Assembly: GCA_043228905.1 (NCBI GenBank)
Contig: JBHGNT010000058.1
Span: 62,001 to 126,000, forward strand
DNA: 64,000 nt
Reading direction: 5' to 3'
Source of the DNA: Azolla caroliniana
Lineage: Eukaryota > Plantae > Polypodiophyta
Shown one piece after another: positions 26,752 through 39,400 of the stretch. Both the position numbers and the translations under genes were made by a program. Position 1 is the first letter of the stretch. Each line of letters opens with the position of its first letter. The notes under the pieces are model-generated. The model was not told the DNA's origin, made no database searches, and saw nothing but the letters and a program-made list of their open reading frames with translations.

Positions 26752-27989
26752 ACGAGTATATCATATATTAAATTTTCAACTCATAGCATGTGTTAACGGT
26801 TTGAAAACTCAAAAACTCAAGACCTAAAGTAGATGTTCCAATAATGTACAATTAACAAAATAATCAATATTATGTTTGAAGGATTGATGACGAAGTTTGC
26901 TTTCATTTTTCTCTCCTAACATCAATTTCTAAACTTAATCCCATTATTCAATTAATCATAGAGGTTTCAAATGAAATTTGACAAAACATTATGTTGTTCG
27001 GGACAAGAAGAAGAAATATATTTTGTCGTGGTCATTTCTCAACATGGTTACGACAAATTAGTACACTGACAATTATAGTTTGGATAACTGGATAGAATTT
27101 CCAAAAATACGCATACATTGTAGAATAATGGTGAACTCTCGATCAACATTGCACCAAATTTCTTTATTTGAAGCAAACCACTAGAATATTATGTTTGAAG
27201 TATTGAAAATGTACTTTACTTTAATTTTTTTCTCCTAACATTAATTTCTAGACTTAATCCCATTATTCGATTAATGGTATAGGTTTCGAATGAAATTGCA
27301 CCAAACATTATGTTTTTCGGGAAAACAAGAAGCAGTACATCCAATTGTGGTTATTCCTAAACATTGTTACGATAAATTAGTAAACCAACAAGTATAGTTT
27401 TGATAATTTGATACAATTTCAAAAAGTACTCATAGATTGCAAAATACTGGTCAACTGTCGACAAGCATTGCACCATGTTTCTTTATTTGTAGCAATGCAC
27501 TAGAATAGTACATTAACTAATTCATTTACTCAATGAATTCCATTCTAATCATTTTCACCCGAGATGCGCGGGTACATGCACATGCATAGGAAAAACTAGA
27601 TACATCATAGATCATGAGTTAATTTGGTATCGATAAAAACCCGTGAAATTATTAAATCTTAAAAACGAGAGTGTGTTAGAATAATCTTCTGTTTCTTGTT
27701 GATGCTTGCGCAATATATGAATATTCTTTATTACTAATCAATGATTGCAATATTAAAAAGTGCACAAGATGTGATCCATTATAGTCTAGTTGGTTAGAAT
27801 GCTTGGCTCTCACACGAGAGACCCGGGTTCAACTCCTAGGAATGGATTGCACCAACAATTATAGCTTGGATAACTTGATACAATTTCAAACAATACGCAT
27901 TGATAGCAGAATAATGGTCAACTGTAGTAAAGCACTCGAATCTTACATTAACTAATTCATTTACTAAATGAATTCCACTATAGTCTAGT

Positions 27990-28413
27990 TGTCCGGAATA
28001 GTACTAAAGCAGAGATGGAATTAGTGCTAAGAAGAACAGTACTATGAGTACTAAGAGGACGGGACTGCGTAAGATTTCCGAGAGAGAGGAAGTGAGAAGA
28101 GGAGAGAGAGAGATAGGATGATGACAGCAGCTCTTATATTATATGAAAGATAAGTACAAATTGGCTAAGAGGCTTAAGACTGGTGTTGAACCAATTTGGT
28201 TCAAAACAATGCCTTGTGCCTCCTTTTATAGTGTTTTTAGGAATAATCCTGAAGCTTCTAGAATGTTCCAGAGAGATCTGGAATATACATCAATTTTCTA
28301 TGATAAAGCATAAATAAAAATAGTATCCTACAAATTACAATTCATAGTCTAATGGTAAGAGCTCGACCCATGTAGCATAAGGTCATGGGTTCGAGTCTTG
28401 CCATATCATGACA
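27990..28413 (-). repeat. 3' LTR of the chromovirus
   Basis: tgtccgga...catgaca; direct repeat of 32682-33105 with about 15 differences by eye. Confidence 0.95.
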
Positions 28414-28430
28414 CTATCTCCCCCTTAAAG
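28414..28430 (-). promoter_or_regulatory. Polypurine tract
   Basis: The minus strand reads CTTTAAGGGGGAGATAG immediately before the 3' LTR TG. Confidence 0.88.
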
Positions 28431-31400
28431 ACGACGAGTGGAACGAGTCGGCGCTAATTGTGGACCGGGTTTGTCCGGATACTTTCGGTGGAAATCGGCA
28501 AGAAGATCCTGTGCATTGGCAACATGTTAGACGGGTTCCCAAGTACGTTCGCTTAGACTATAACCGAACCAATCGACCAAGTAATAAAGTTTGCTGCGAA
28601 CAAGTTTGGAATCGAGGATGGCAGCAACTTCATACTTCGGGCCGGCGTCCAACTCCAGCGGGGGCGGCGGTGGTGTCACACGATCGGGAATGGTGTTTGC
28701 TTTATAAGGTTCAAGAAGAGAACAATGGAAAACCGGATGTATCTGAAGCTACAAAGGGAGATCAAGGCGGAAGGAGACATCATTAATCTTACCCGTAATA
28801 TGGAAGGGACCAAGTCGTCGATAATCCAACTTGTCGCACGGTCGAGTAGTCTTGATGTGACGACGTAAGAGCCATACTCGATCTCCGATGGCAAAAGAGG
28901 AGGGAATCCGATGACGATCCGCATAAGTCTTTTGTGTGTGTTGAGCATGACGAAGGTGAGTAGAGAGATCCATCTGGATCTTGCGTAGCCTCTCCAAATG
29001 ATCCTCGGCATGAGGGTTGGTAGGTAGCTCCAGAGTGTCGATCACCGACCAGTGAGGATGGAAACCGGTATAAGAGAAAAATGGGGAGACCCGAGTCGAG
29101 GAGTGAATAGCATTATTATACGCAAACTCCGCAAAGTGGAGAATCTCGGCCCAATCGTCCTGTTGATAACTCAACGTTTGGTTTGTTCGTTCCGCCTGCC
29201 CGTCGGTCTGAGGATGGTAGCCGGAGGAGAGGTTGCAGGAGACCTTGAGCATCTTGAAGAGATGCTACCAAAATTTGGAGACGAATTGCAGGCCTCGGTC
29301 ACTGATAATACTGTCTGAGAGGCCATGATGCCGAAATACCTCACGCATAACAAGAGCGACGGTTTCCTCGCTAGTGATGGCTTTAGTACACGGCACAAAA
29401 TGTGCCATCTCGTGTATCGATCGACGACGGTTAGGATAGCATCGAACCCCTTCGAAACCGGCAGATCTGTGATAAAATCAAGACAAATAGACTGCCACGG
29501 CTTACTTGGAATCGGTAAGGGTTCCAACAAGCCATATGGATGGTGTCGTGGCATCTTTGCTCGGCAGCAAACATCACAGGTACGAACGTAGTCGTCAACA
29601 AAACGGCGCATGTGGAGCCACCAAAAAGATCGCTGCCCTAGCTCCAACTTCTTAGTACTACCGAAATGTCCCGCGTATGGGTGTCGTGACAATGTTGGAC
29701 AATTTGAAGGCAACAGGAGCAATCGGGGACATATACGCACTTTTTAAAGAATAACAAACCATCATGATATTCAAATTGTCAGTAGTCAATACCTGGTTGT
29801 TGAGACCGAGAACAGGATGCCCGAGAAGTATCAATGTGCGCCAGGATGTCTTGAGCAAAACTATCCGTCTTCAAGTTTGCACGTATGTCATCGGTAATCC
29901 GTGAATCCATCGGGGTGTGAAAAATCCGCGTCGTGTGCAATCATGTTGGTCCCAAGATTACTTGCTTTTGATTATCAAATGTTGCGTCACCAGGACGAGG
30001 TGCAAGATAGTGCATTTGCTTTTCCTGGCTGCTTCCCCGGTCGATATGTGATTTTGAAGTCGAAATGCGTGAGGAATTAATTGCGCCCACCGAGCTTGCC
30101 GTCGATTTAGTACGCGAGCGTTCTGAAAATAAGCAAGATTTTTATGATCGCTAAAGACAATGACCTGATGTGGAGAGCCCTCTATGAAATGCCGCCATTG
30201 TACAAATGAATCCACGATGGCTAATAACTCCTTGTCATGTATTTCGTAGTTGATTTCTGCGACATCGAATTTGCGCGAATGGAAAGCCACCGGATGCAAC
30301 TCTTCTTTATCGCCTTATTGAGAAAGGATGCTACCGAGGGCGAAATCTGATGCGTCGGCCTCCATGATGAATGGTTTGCTTGTATCCACATGAGCTAGAA
30401 TCGGTGCTGATGTAAAGGCTTTCTTAAGATGCCGAAAAGCCATATCTGCTTCTATGGACCAAAGAAATGCTTGGCCCTTCTTCGTAAGTTGTGTGAGAGG
30501 TAAAATAATCTTCGAGTAATCCTGTATAAACTTACGGTAGAAGTTAGCAAAACCTAGAAAACATTGTACATCTCGTACCGACTGTGGAATTTGCCACTCT
30601 AGTACAGTTTGGATTTTAGCTGGATCCATGGTGATGCCCTTTGAGGAGATGACGTAGCCTAGAAATTCCACTTGCTTGCAGTCAAAGCTACATTTTTCTA
30701 GCTTGGAATAAAGACCATTCTCACGGAGTAGCTTTAGTACTAATAGTACATGAGAATCGTGCTCTTCCTGGGTCTTCGAATAAATCAATAGATCATCCAG
30801 ATAAATGATCAAACAGATATCCAAGAGGTCTCTGAATATATCATTTGCCATGTGACTGTGGGTGCATTGGTTAGGCCAAACGGCATAACAGTATACTCGA
30901 AATGCCCATACCACGTGCGAAGGGAGGTCTTCCACTCATCTCCCGGTCGGATTTGCACGAGGTTATACGCTCCTCATAGGTCAATTTTAGTAAAAAACTT
31001 GGCACCATTAACTCGCTCTAAAAGACTTGATATAAGAGGAAGTGCATAGCTATTCCGGATGGTGACTTTATTCAATCCGCGGTAATCAACGACAAGACGA
31101 AGTGAGCCATCTTTCTTCTTGACAAAGAAGATGGGTGCACCGGCCGGAGATTTCGAATGGCGGATGAACCCGCTTGCCAAGTTCTCCTCTATGTAGGCTC
31201 GAAGGACTTCTAACTCGGTGGGTGACAAGTTGTAAATTGGTCCCCATGGTGGCTCGGTTCCTGGTTGTAAATCGATGGGATAGTCATAGGGACGATGATG
31301 AGGAAGGGTACCGGCTTTTACCTTGTCAAATACATCGGCATAAGGATGATATTTTGCCGGAAGTTGTACTGAGGAGTCCTTCTTGGGGTGAAATGGTCAA

Positions 31401-31675
31401 AACCTGGTGAGTTGATTCTTGGGGTGGTCGATATCAGACTTCTCTTGTTCTCCAATCTATGGTTGGATTATGTAATTCAAACCAAGGTAATCCTAGGACA
31501 ATGGGATGCTCTGGACTACTAATTATATTAAATGATATTACACACACAAAACTACCTAGGACAACCTGAATGGGTTCTGATTCTTCTACAATATTCCCGG
31601 AAGCAATGGGACGACCATCAATGACTACTACAGATGCGGGACAAGGAAGTTTTCTTAACGATATCTGAGAAGCTA
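28430..31675 (-). pseudogene. pol: pol (protease remnant, RT, RNase H, integrase, chromodomain), frameshifted
   Basis: PR tail IVLGLPWF; [29 protein letters not shown] and IYLDDLLIYS; RH EADASDFALG and NYEIHDKELLAIV; IN GHFG..CDVC, SGYHPQTDGQAERTNQ and GPF. My manual translation of 28739->28460 gives HPVFHCSLLEPY...PPPP...YEVAAILDSK...YYLVDWFGY..SERTWEPV*. Confidence 0.93.
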
Positions 31676-32607
31676 TAAAGACATAAGCGATTTGCACGTC
31701 GTCGTTGCTTTTCTTCTTCCGATAACGGGCCGTGTCGACGCATGGTATCGATCTCCATCGGTGTTGAAGTATTTGCTTGAGGTATGTCTCGTGCAAACGG
31801 TCTAGCCGCGACTGTGGCATAAGTGGGTTCCGGCCTAGCGCGTGGTATCTGTAATTGACGTTCCGAACGCCGTTCGAAAAGGCGGTTGTCACATCGGACC
31901 ACTCGACTGATTGCCTCTGTAATAGACTTTGGTTCTTCGGGGAAGGTTAGAAGTAGATCTTTGACATCATTTCGCAGACCATAGCGAAACTCCTCCATTA
32001 GTGCTTGATCATCCCAGGGTATGTCGGAAGCGAGTAGGCGGAAATCCGCCGCGTAGGCCGAGGCTGGACGATCGCCTTGATGCAATCGCCGGATCTTGTT
32101 GATCGTCGTCCTGATGTTGTCGGTGTCTCCAAAGCAGGCTTTGAACTCACTAATAAAATCTTCAAAGTTATTAAGCAAGGGCGATTGTTTTTCTAGAAGT
32201 GGAGTGAACCATGCTAAGGCTGAGCCACTAAGCAACGTGCCTATTAAGCCGACTCGAGATGCATCAGTGGGATATTGGGAAGGATGCATTTGGAGGACTA
32301 ATCGTACCTGATTAAGGAATCCCCTGAATTTCGATCGCGTTCCATCAAATTTCACAAGAACTCCAATCTTCGGCTCTTTATGAAATCCTTGGGGACTTGA
32401 TCCTTGTTGTTGCAATACCGCTTCGAGTTGTTGCACCCGTAACGCTAACTCCCCATGTTGTTGCTGCGTTTGTTGCTTTTCTAGAGCGATTTGTTGCAGA
32501 TCCCCTATCAGCCGTTGGTTTTCTTGTTCTAGGGCAACAAACTTTTCTTTTCGGCACTGTAACTCGGAGAAAACGGATTGATATTCTTGGGCGCTAACAG
32601 TAGCCAT
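31675..32607 (-). pseudogene. gag: gag (Ty3 capsid, PEG10/RTL1-like), zinc knuckle truncated
   Basis: ORF 31618..32679: coiled-coil N-terminus, KFDGTRSKFRGFL, LSGSALAWF, LHQGDRPASAYAADF, FRYGLRNDVKD, PMEID and RRANRLCLY, then a break. Confidence 0.92.
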
Positions 32608-32668
32608 AGTAGAGGGAAAAGGGTATGAGGATGAGGGAGAACGACAAGTAGGCTGGAGGAAAGAAAAT

Positions 32669-32681
32669 AATTGGTTCAAAC
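32669..32681 (-). promoter_or_regulatory. Non-tRNA primer-binding site, putative self-priming
   Basis: The minus strand after the 5' LTR reads GTTTGAACCAATT with no TGG. Eleven nt are complementary to AATTGGTTCAA in the LTR (32888->32878), 34 nt downstream of TATAAAA (32922). Confidence 0.7.
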
Positions 32682-33105
32682 TATCAAGAAGAGTACTAAA
32701 GCAGAGATGGAATTAGTACTAAGAAGAACAGTACTATTAGTACTAAGAGGACGGGACTGCGTAAGATTCCTGAGAAAGAGGAAGTGAGAAGAGGAGAGAC
32801 AGAGATAGGATGATGACATCAGCTCTTATATTATATGAAAGATAAGTACAAATCGGCTAAGAGGCTTAAGACTGGTGTTGAACCAATTTGGTTCAAAACA
32901 ATGCCTTGTGCCTCCTTTTATAGTGTTTTTAGGAATAATCCTGAAGCTTCTAGAATGTTCCAGAGAGATCTGGAATATACATCAATTTTCTATGATAAAG
33001 AATAAATAAAAATAATACCCTACAAATTACAATTCATAGTCTAATGGTAAGAGCTCGACCCATGTAGCATAAGGTCATGGGTTCGAGTCTTGCCATATCA
33101 TGACA
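32682..33105 (-). repeat. 5' LTR of the chromovirus
   Basis: 424-bp direct repeat of 27990-28413. The internal end is mutated (tatc rather than tgtc). Minus-strand TATA box at 32916-32922. Confidence 0.94.
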
Positions 33106-33348
33106 CTAGTTGGTTCAGATACTTGTTTTTTACACGAGACTCCCGGGTACAACAATTGGCATGGGAAAAACTAAATACATCATATATCATGAGTTAATAT
33201 CTCATCGATAAAAACCCTTGAAATTATTAAATCTAAAAACGAGAGTGTGTTAGAATAATCCTCAGTTTCTTGTTAATACTTGCGCAATCTATAAATATTA
33301 TTTATTACTAATCAATGATTGCAATATTAAAAACTACACTAGATATGA

Positions 33349-33421
33349 TCCATTGTAGTCTAGTTGGTTAGGATACTTGGCTTTCACCCGAGAGACCCGG
33401 GTTTAACTCCCGGCAATGGAA
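33349..33421 (+). pseudogene. tRNA-Glu(TTC) pseudogene, C56>T
   Basis: Stems are intact or G.U, but the invariant TTC of the T loop reads TTT. Confidence 0.8.
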
Positions 33422-36400
33422 ACGACAATATCATATATAAAATTTCCGACGTATATCATGTGTTAATTGTTTGATAACTTCCGGGTACAACAATAGGCAT
33501 TGGAAAAACTAGAGACATCATAGATCATGAGGTAATGTCGCATCGATAAAAACTTTTCAAATTATTAAATCTTAAAAATGACAGTGTGTTAGAATAATCC
33601 TGAGTTTCTCGTTGATGCTTGCCCAATATATCAATATCACTTATTACTAATCTATGATTGCAATATATCTATACATAAGATAGGATCCATTGTAGTCTAG
33701 TTGGTTAAGATACTCGGCTTTCACCTGAGAGACCCGTGTTCAACTCCCAGCAATGGAAACGACAATATCATATTATAAATTTCCAACGCATATCATGTGT
33801 TAACTGTTTGATAACTCAAAAACTCAAGCCTAAAATGTAAAATTAACAAAATAATCAATATTATGTTTGAAGGATTGATGACAAATTTAGTTTGGTTTTT
33901 ATACATTTCGATAACTTGATAGAATTTCCAAACATACGCATAGATTGTAGAATAATGCTGAACTCTCGATCAACATTGCACCATAGTTCTTTATTTGAAG
34001 AAAAGGACTAGAATATTACATTAACTAATTCATTTACTAAATTAATTCCATTGTAGTCTAGTTGGTTCGGATCCTTGTTTTTTACACGAGATTGCCGGGT
34101 ACAACATTATGTTGTTCAGGAAAACAAGAAGCGGCAGATTTGGTTGTGGTTATTCTTGAACATCGATAGTTTCGATCACTTGATACAATTTCAAACAATA
34201 CGCATAGATTGGAGAATAATGGTTAATTGTCGATGACTATTGCACTATGTTTCTTTATTTGTAAGAAAGACCTAGAATGGTACATTAACTAATTCATTAA
34301 CAAAGGACTAGAATGGTACATTGTAATCAAGTTGCCTTGGATGCTTACTTTTTACCTGGGACGCCCGACTACAAGTAGATATATCATATATCATGAGTTA
34401 ATGTGGCATCGATAAAAATCCTTGAAATTATTAAATCCTAAAAACAATAGTGTGTTAGAATAATCCTTAGTTTTTCATTGATGCTTGCGCAATATATAAA
34501 TATTATTTACTTCTAATCAATTATAGCAATATTGAAAAGCATAGAAGATGTGATCCATTGTAGTCTAGTTGGTTAGGATGATCGCATCTCACCCGAGAGA
34601 CCCGTGTTCAACTCCCGGTAATGTAAAAGACAATACCATATATCAAATTGTGCGACGCATGTCATGTGTGTATTGTTTGATAACTTAAAAACTCAAGCCC
34701 TAAAGTAGTTCATACAATAATGTACAATTAACAAAATAATTAATATTATGTTTGAAGGATTGACAAAGAACTTTACTTTAATTTCTAAACTTAATCCCAT
34801 TATTGGATTAATGGTAGAGGTTTCGAATGAAATTGGACCAAACATTATGTTGTTCGGGAGAACAAGAAACAGTATATTTAGTTGTGGTTATTCATGAACA
34901 TTGTTACGATAAATTAGTACACCAACAATTATAGTTTGTATAACTTGATACAATTTTAAGCAATACGCATAGATTGCAAAATAATGGTCAACTGTCGACA
35001 AGCATTGCAGCATGTTTCTTTTTTTGTAGCAAAGCACTAGAATAGTACATTAACTAATTAATTTACTTAATGAATTCCATTGTAGTCTAGTTGGTTCGGA
35101 TCCTTGTTTTTTACACGAGACTCCCGGGTACAACAATAGGCATTGGGAAAACTAGATACATCATAGATCATGAGGTAATGTGACATTGACAAAAACCCTT
35201 GAAATTATTAAATCTTAAAAACGAGAGTGGGTTATAATAATCTTCAGTTTCTCGTTGATGGTTGTGCAATAAATAAATATTATTTATTACCAATCAATGA
35301 TTTATCACTAATCAATAATTGCAATATTAAAAAGTGTACCAGATGTTATCCATGGAAGTCTAGTTGGTTAGAATACTCGGCTCTCACACAAGAGACACGG
35401 GTTTAACTACCGGCAATGAAAACGACAATATCATATATTAAATTTCCGAGGCATATATTGCGTTAACTGTTTGATAACTCAAATAATCAAGACCTCAAGT
35501 AGATGTTACAATAATGTACAATTAACTAAATAATCAATATTATGTTTGAAGGATTGATGACGAACATTGCTTTCCTTTTTTTCTCCTAACATCAATTTCT
35601 AAACTTAATCCCATTATTCAATCTAATAGTAGAGGTTTCAAATGAAATTTGACAAAATATTATTATGTTCGGGATAAGAAGAACCATTATATTTAGTCGT
35701 GGTTATTTATCAACATTATTACGACAAACTAGTACACCAAGAATTATAATTTGGATAACTTGATACAATTTCTAAAAATATGCATAGATTGTCGAATAAT
35801 GGTGAATTCTCGCTGACATGGCACCATGTTTCTTTATTTGAAGTAAAGCACTAGAATATTACATTAACTAATGCATTTACTAAATGAATTCCATTGTAGT
35901 CTAGTTGGTTTGGATCATTGTGTTTTACACAAGACTCCCGAGTACAGCAATTGGCATGAGAAAAACTAGATACATCATAGATCATGAGTTAATATCGCAT
36001 CGATTAAAACCCTTGAAATTATTAAATCTTAAAAAAAAGAGTGTGTTCGAATAATCCTTAGTTTCTCGTTGATGCTTGCGCAATATATAAATTATATTTA
36101 TTACTAATCAATGATTGCAATATTAAAAAGTACAGAAGATATGATCCATTGTAGTCTAGTTGGTTAGGATACTCGGCTTTCATCTAAGAGACCCGTGTTC
36201 AAGTCCCGGCAATGGAAACGACAATATCATATATTAAATTTCTGACGCATATGATGTTTTAATTGTTTGATAACTCAAAAACTCAAGATTATGTTTGAAG
36301 GATTGATGATGAACTTTCCTCGATCAAGATTCCAAAAATACGCATTGATTGTCAAATAATGGTGACTTCTCGATTATCATTGCACCATGTTTGTTTATTT

Positions 36401-39400
36401 GAACGAAAGCACTTGAATATTACATTAACCAATTCATTTACTAAATGAATTCCATTGTAGTCTAGTTCGTTCAGATCCTTGTTTTTTACACAAGACTCCC
36501 GGGTACAACAATAGGCATTGGAAAAACTAGATACATTATAGATGATGAGGTAATGTCACATCGATAAAAACCGTTGAAATTATTAAATATTAAAAACGAG
36601 AATGTGGTTACGACAAATTAGTACACCGACAATTATAGTTTGGATAACTTGATAGAATTTCCAAAAATATGCATAGATTGTAGAATAATGGTGAACTCTC
36701 GATCCACATTGCACCATATTTCTTTATTTGAAGCAAAGCACTAGAGTATTACATTAACTAATTCATTTACTAAATAAATTACATTGTTTCCTAGTTGGTT
36801 CGGATCCTCATTTTTTTATGCATAGATTGCAGAATTATGGTCAACTATCGAGAGACCCGGGTTCAACTCCCACCAATAGAAAAGACAATATCATATATCA
36901 TATTTTGTGACGCATGTCATGTGTTAAGTGTTCGATAACTGAAAAATTGAAGACCTAAAGTAGTTGTTACAATAATGTACAATTAATAAAATAATCAATA
37001 TTATGTTTGAAGGATTGATAAAGAACTATAGTTTGTTTTTTTTCTCCTAACATTAATTTCTAAACATAATCCCATTATTCAATTAAAAGGAGAGGTGTCA
37101 AATGAAATTTGACATAACATTATGTATTTCGGAACAAGAAAAAGCAATATATTTAGTCGTGGTTATTCCTCAACATCGTTACGACAATTATAGTTTGGGT
37201 AGCTTGATACAATTTCCAAAAATACACATAGATTGTAGAATTATAGTGAACTCTCGACGATCATTGCACCATGTTTCTTTATTTGAAGGAAGGCACTAGA
37301 ATATTACATTAACTAATTCATTTACTCAATGAATTCCATTGTAGTCTAGTTGGATCAAATCCTTGTATTTTACACGAGACTCTCGGGTACATCAATAGGC
37401 ATTGGGAAAACTATATACATCATAGATCATGATATATTGTGGCATTGATAAAAACCCTTGAAATTATTAAATCTTAACAACGAGAGTGTGTTAGAATAAT
37501 CCTCTGTTTCTCATTGATGCTTGTGAAATATATAAATATTATGTAGTATTACTCAATGACTGCAATATTAAAAAGTGCAAAAGATGTGATCCATCATAGT
37601 CTAGTTGTTTAGGATACTCGGCTCTCACCCGAGAGACCTGGGTTCAACTTCCGGCAATGAAAACGACAATATCATATATTAAATTTCCCACGCATATCAT
37701 GTGCTAACTATTGGATAATTTAGAAACTCAAGATCAAGATCTAAAGTAGTTGTTACAATAATGTACAATTAACAAAATAAACAATATTATGTCTGAAGGA
37801 TTGATGAGTAACTTTACCTTGATTTTTTTCTCGTAACATCAATTTCTAAAGTTAATCCAATTATTCAATTAATGGTAGAGGTTTCAAATGAAATTGGACA
37901 AAACATTATGTTTTTGAGGATAACAAGAAGCAGTAGATTTAGGTGGGGTTACTACACCAACAATTATAGCTTGGATAACTCGATACAATATAAAACAATA
38001 CGCAGAATAATGGTCAACTGTCGACAAGCATTCCACATGTTTCTTTATTTGTAGCAAAGCACTAGAATAGTACATTAACTAATTCATTTGATAAATGAAT
38101 TCCATTGTAATCAAGTTGCCTCGGATGCTTGCTTTTTACCCGAGACGCACGACTATAAGTAGATATATCATATATTATGAGTTAATGTGGCATCGATAAA
38201 AACCCTTGAAATTATTAAATCTTAAAACCGAAAGTGTGTTAGAAAAATATTATATTATTGCAAAATATTTATATTATTTTTTTCTAATCAATGATTGCAA
38301 TAATAGAAAGCAGAGAAGATGTAATCCATTGTAGTCTAGTTGGTTAGAATACTCCGCTCCTACCCAAGAGAACCGGGTTAAACTCCCATCAATGGATACA
38401 TCATAGCTCATGAGTTAATTTGGCATCGATAGAAATCCGTAAAATTATTAAATCTTAAAAACGAGACTGTGTTAGAATAATCCTGTGTTTGTCGTAGATG
38501 CTTGCACAATATATAAATATTATTTATTTTTTTCTACTAACATGAATTTCTAAACTTAGTCCCATTATTCAATTAATGGTACACCTTTCAAATGAAATTT
38601 GAGAAAACATTATGTTGTTCGATATGACAAGAAGAAGTATATTTAGTTCTGGTTATTCCACAACTTTTTTACAACAAATTATTTCTTTATTTCTAACAAA
38701 GGACTAAAAGTAAATATTTCCTATATCATGAGTTAATATGGCATTGATAAAAACCCTTGAAATTATTAAATCTTAAAAACGACAGTGTGTTAGAATAATC
38801 ATTAGTTTTTCGTTGATACCTGCGAAATATATTATTAATTTCTAATCAATGATAAAAAGATTAAAAAGCACACAAGATCTGATCTACGATAGTCTAGTTG
38901 GTTAGGATACTCGGCCCTCACCTGAGAGACCCAGGTTCAACTCCCGGCAATGGAAACGATAATATCATATATTAAATTTCTGATGCATATCAGGTGTTAA
39001 CTCTTTGATAACTCAGAAACTGAAGTCCTAAAGTAGGTGTTACAATAATGTACAATTAACAAAATAATCAATTTTATGTTTCAACGATTCATGACGAACT
39101 TTACTTTGATTTTCTTCTCCGAACATCAATTTCTAAACTTCATTCCATTATTTGATTTATGGTAGAGGTTTCAAATGAAATTGGACAAAATATTATGTTG
39201 TTCGGGACAACAAGAAGAAGAAAATATTATGTGGTTACTCCTCAACATTATTACGATAAATTAGTACACCAACAATTATAGTTTAGATAACTTGATTCAA
39301 TTTCAAACAATATGCATAGATTGCAGAATAATGTTCAACTGTCGACAAGCATGATACCATTTTTCTTTATTTGTAGCATAGCACTAGAATAGTACATTCA

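Larger units (their letters stand above)
27990..33105 (-). mobile_element. Ty3/gypsy chromovirus (Tcn1-like), near full length and defective
   Basis: Two 424-bp LTRs, 5-bp TSD CTAGT (27985-27989, 33106-33110), gag-PR-RT-RH-IN-chromodomain order on the minus strand, and a PPT next to the 3' LTR. Confidence 0.96.

Noticed and set aside
28460-32311. Plus-strand ORFs within the gypsy element (and likewise within the LINE copies)
   Set aside because: These are antisense shadows of retroelement coding sequence with no recognisable domains.
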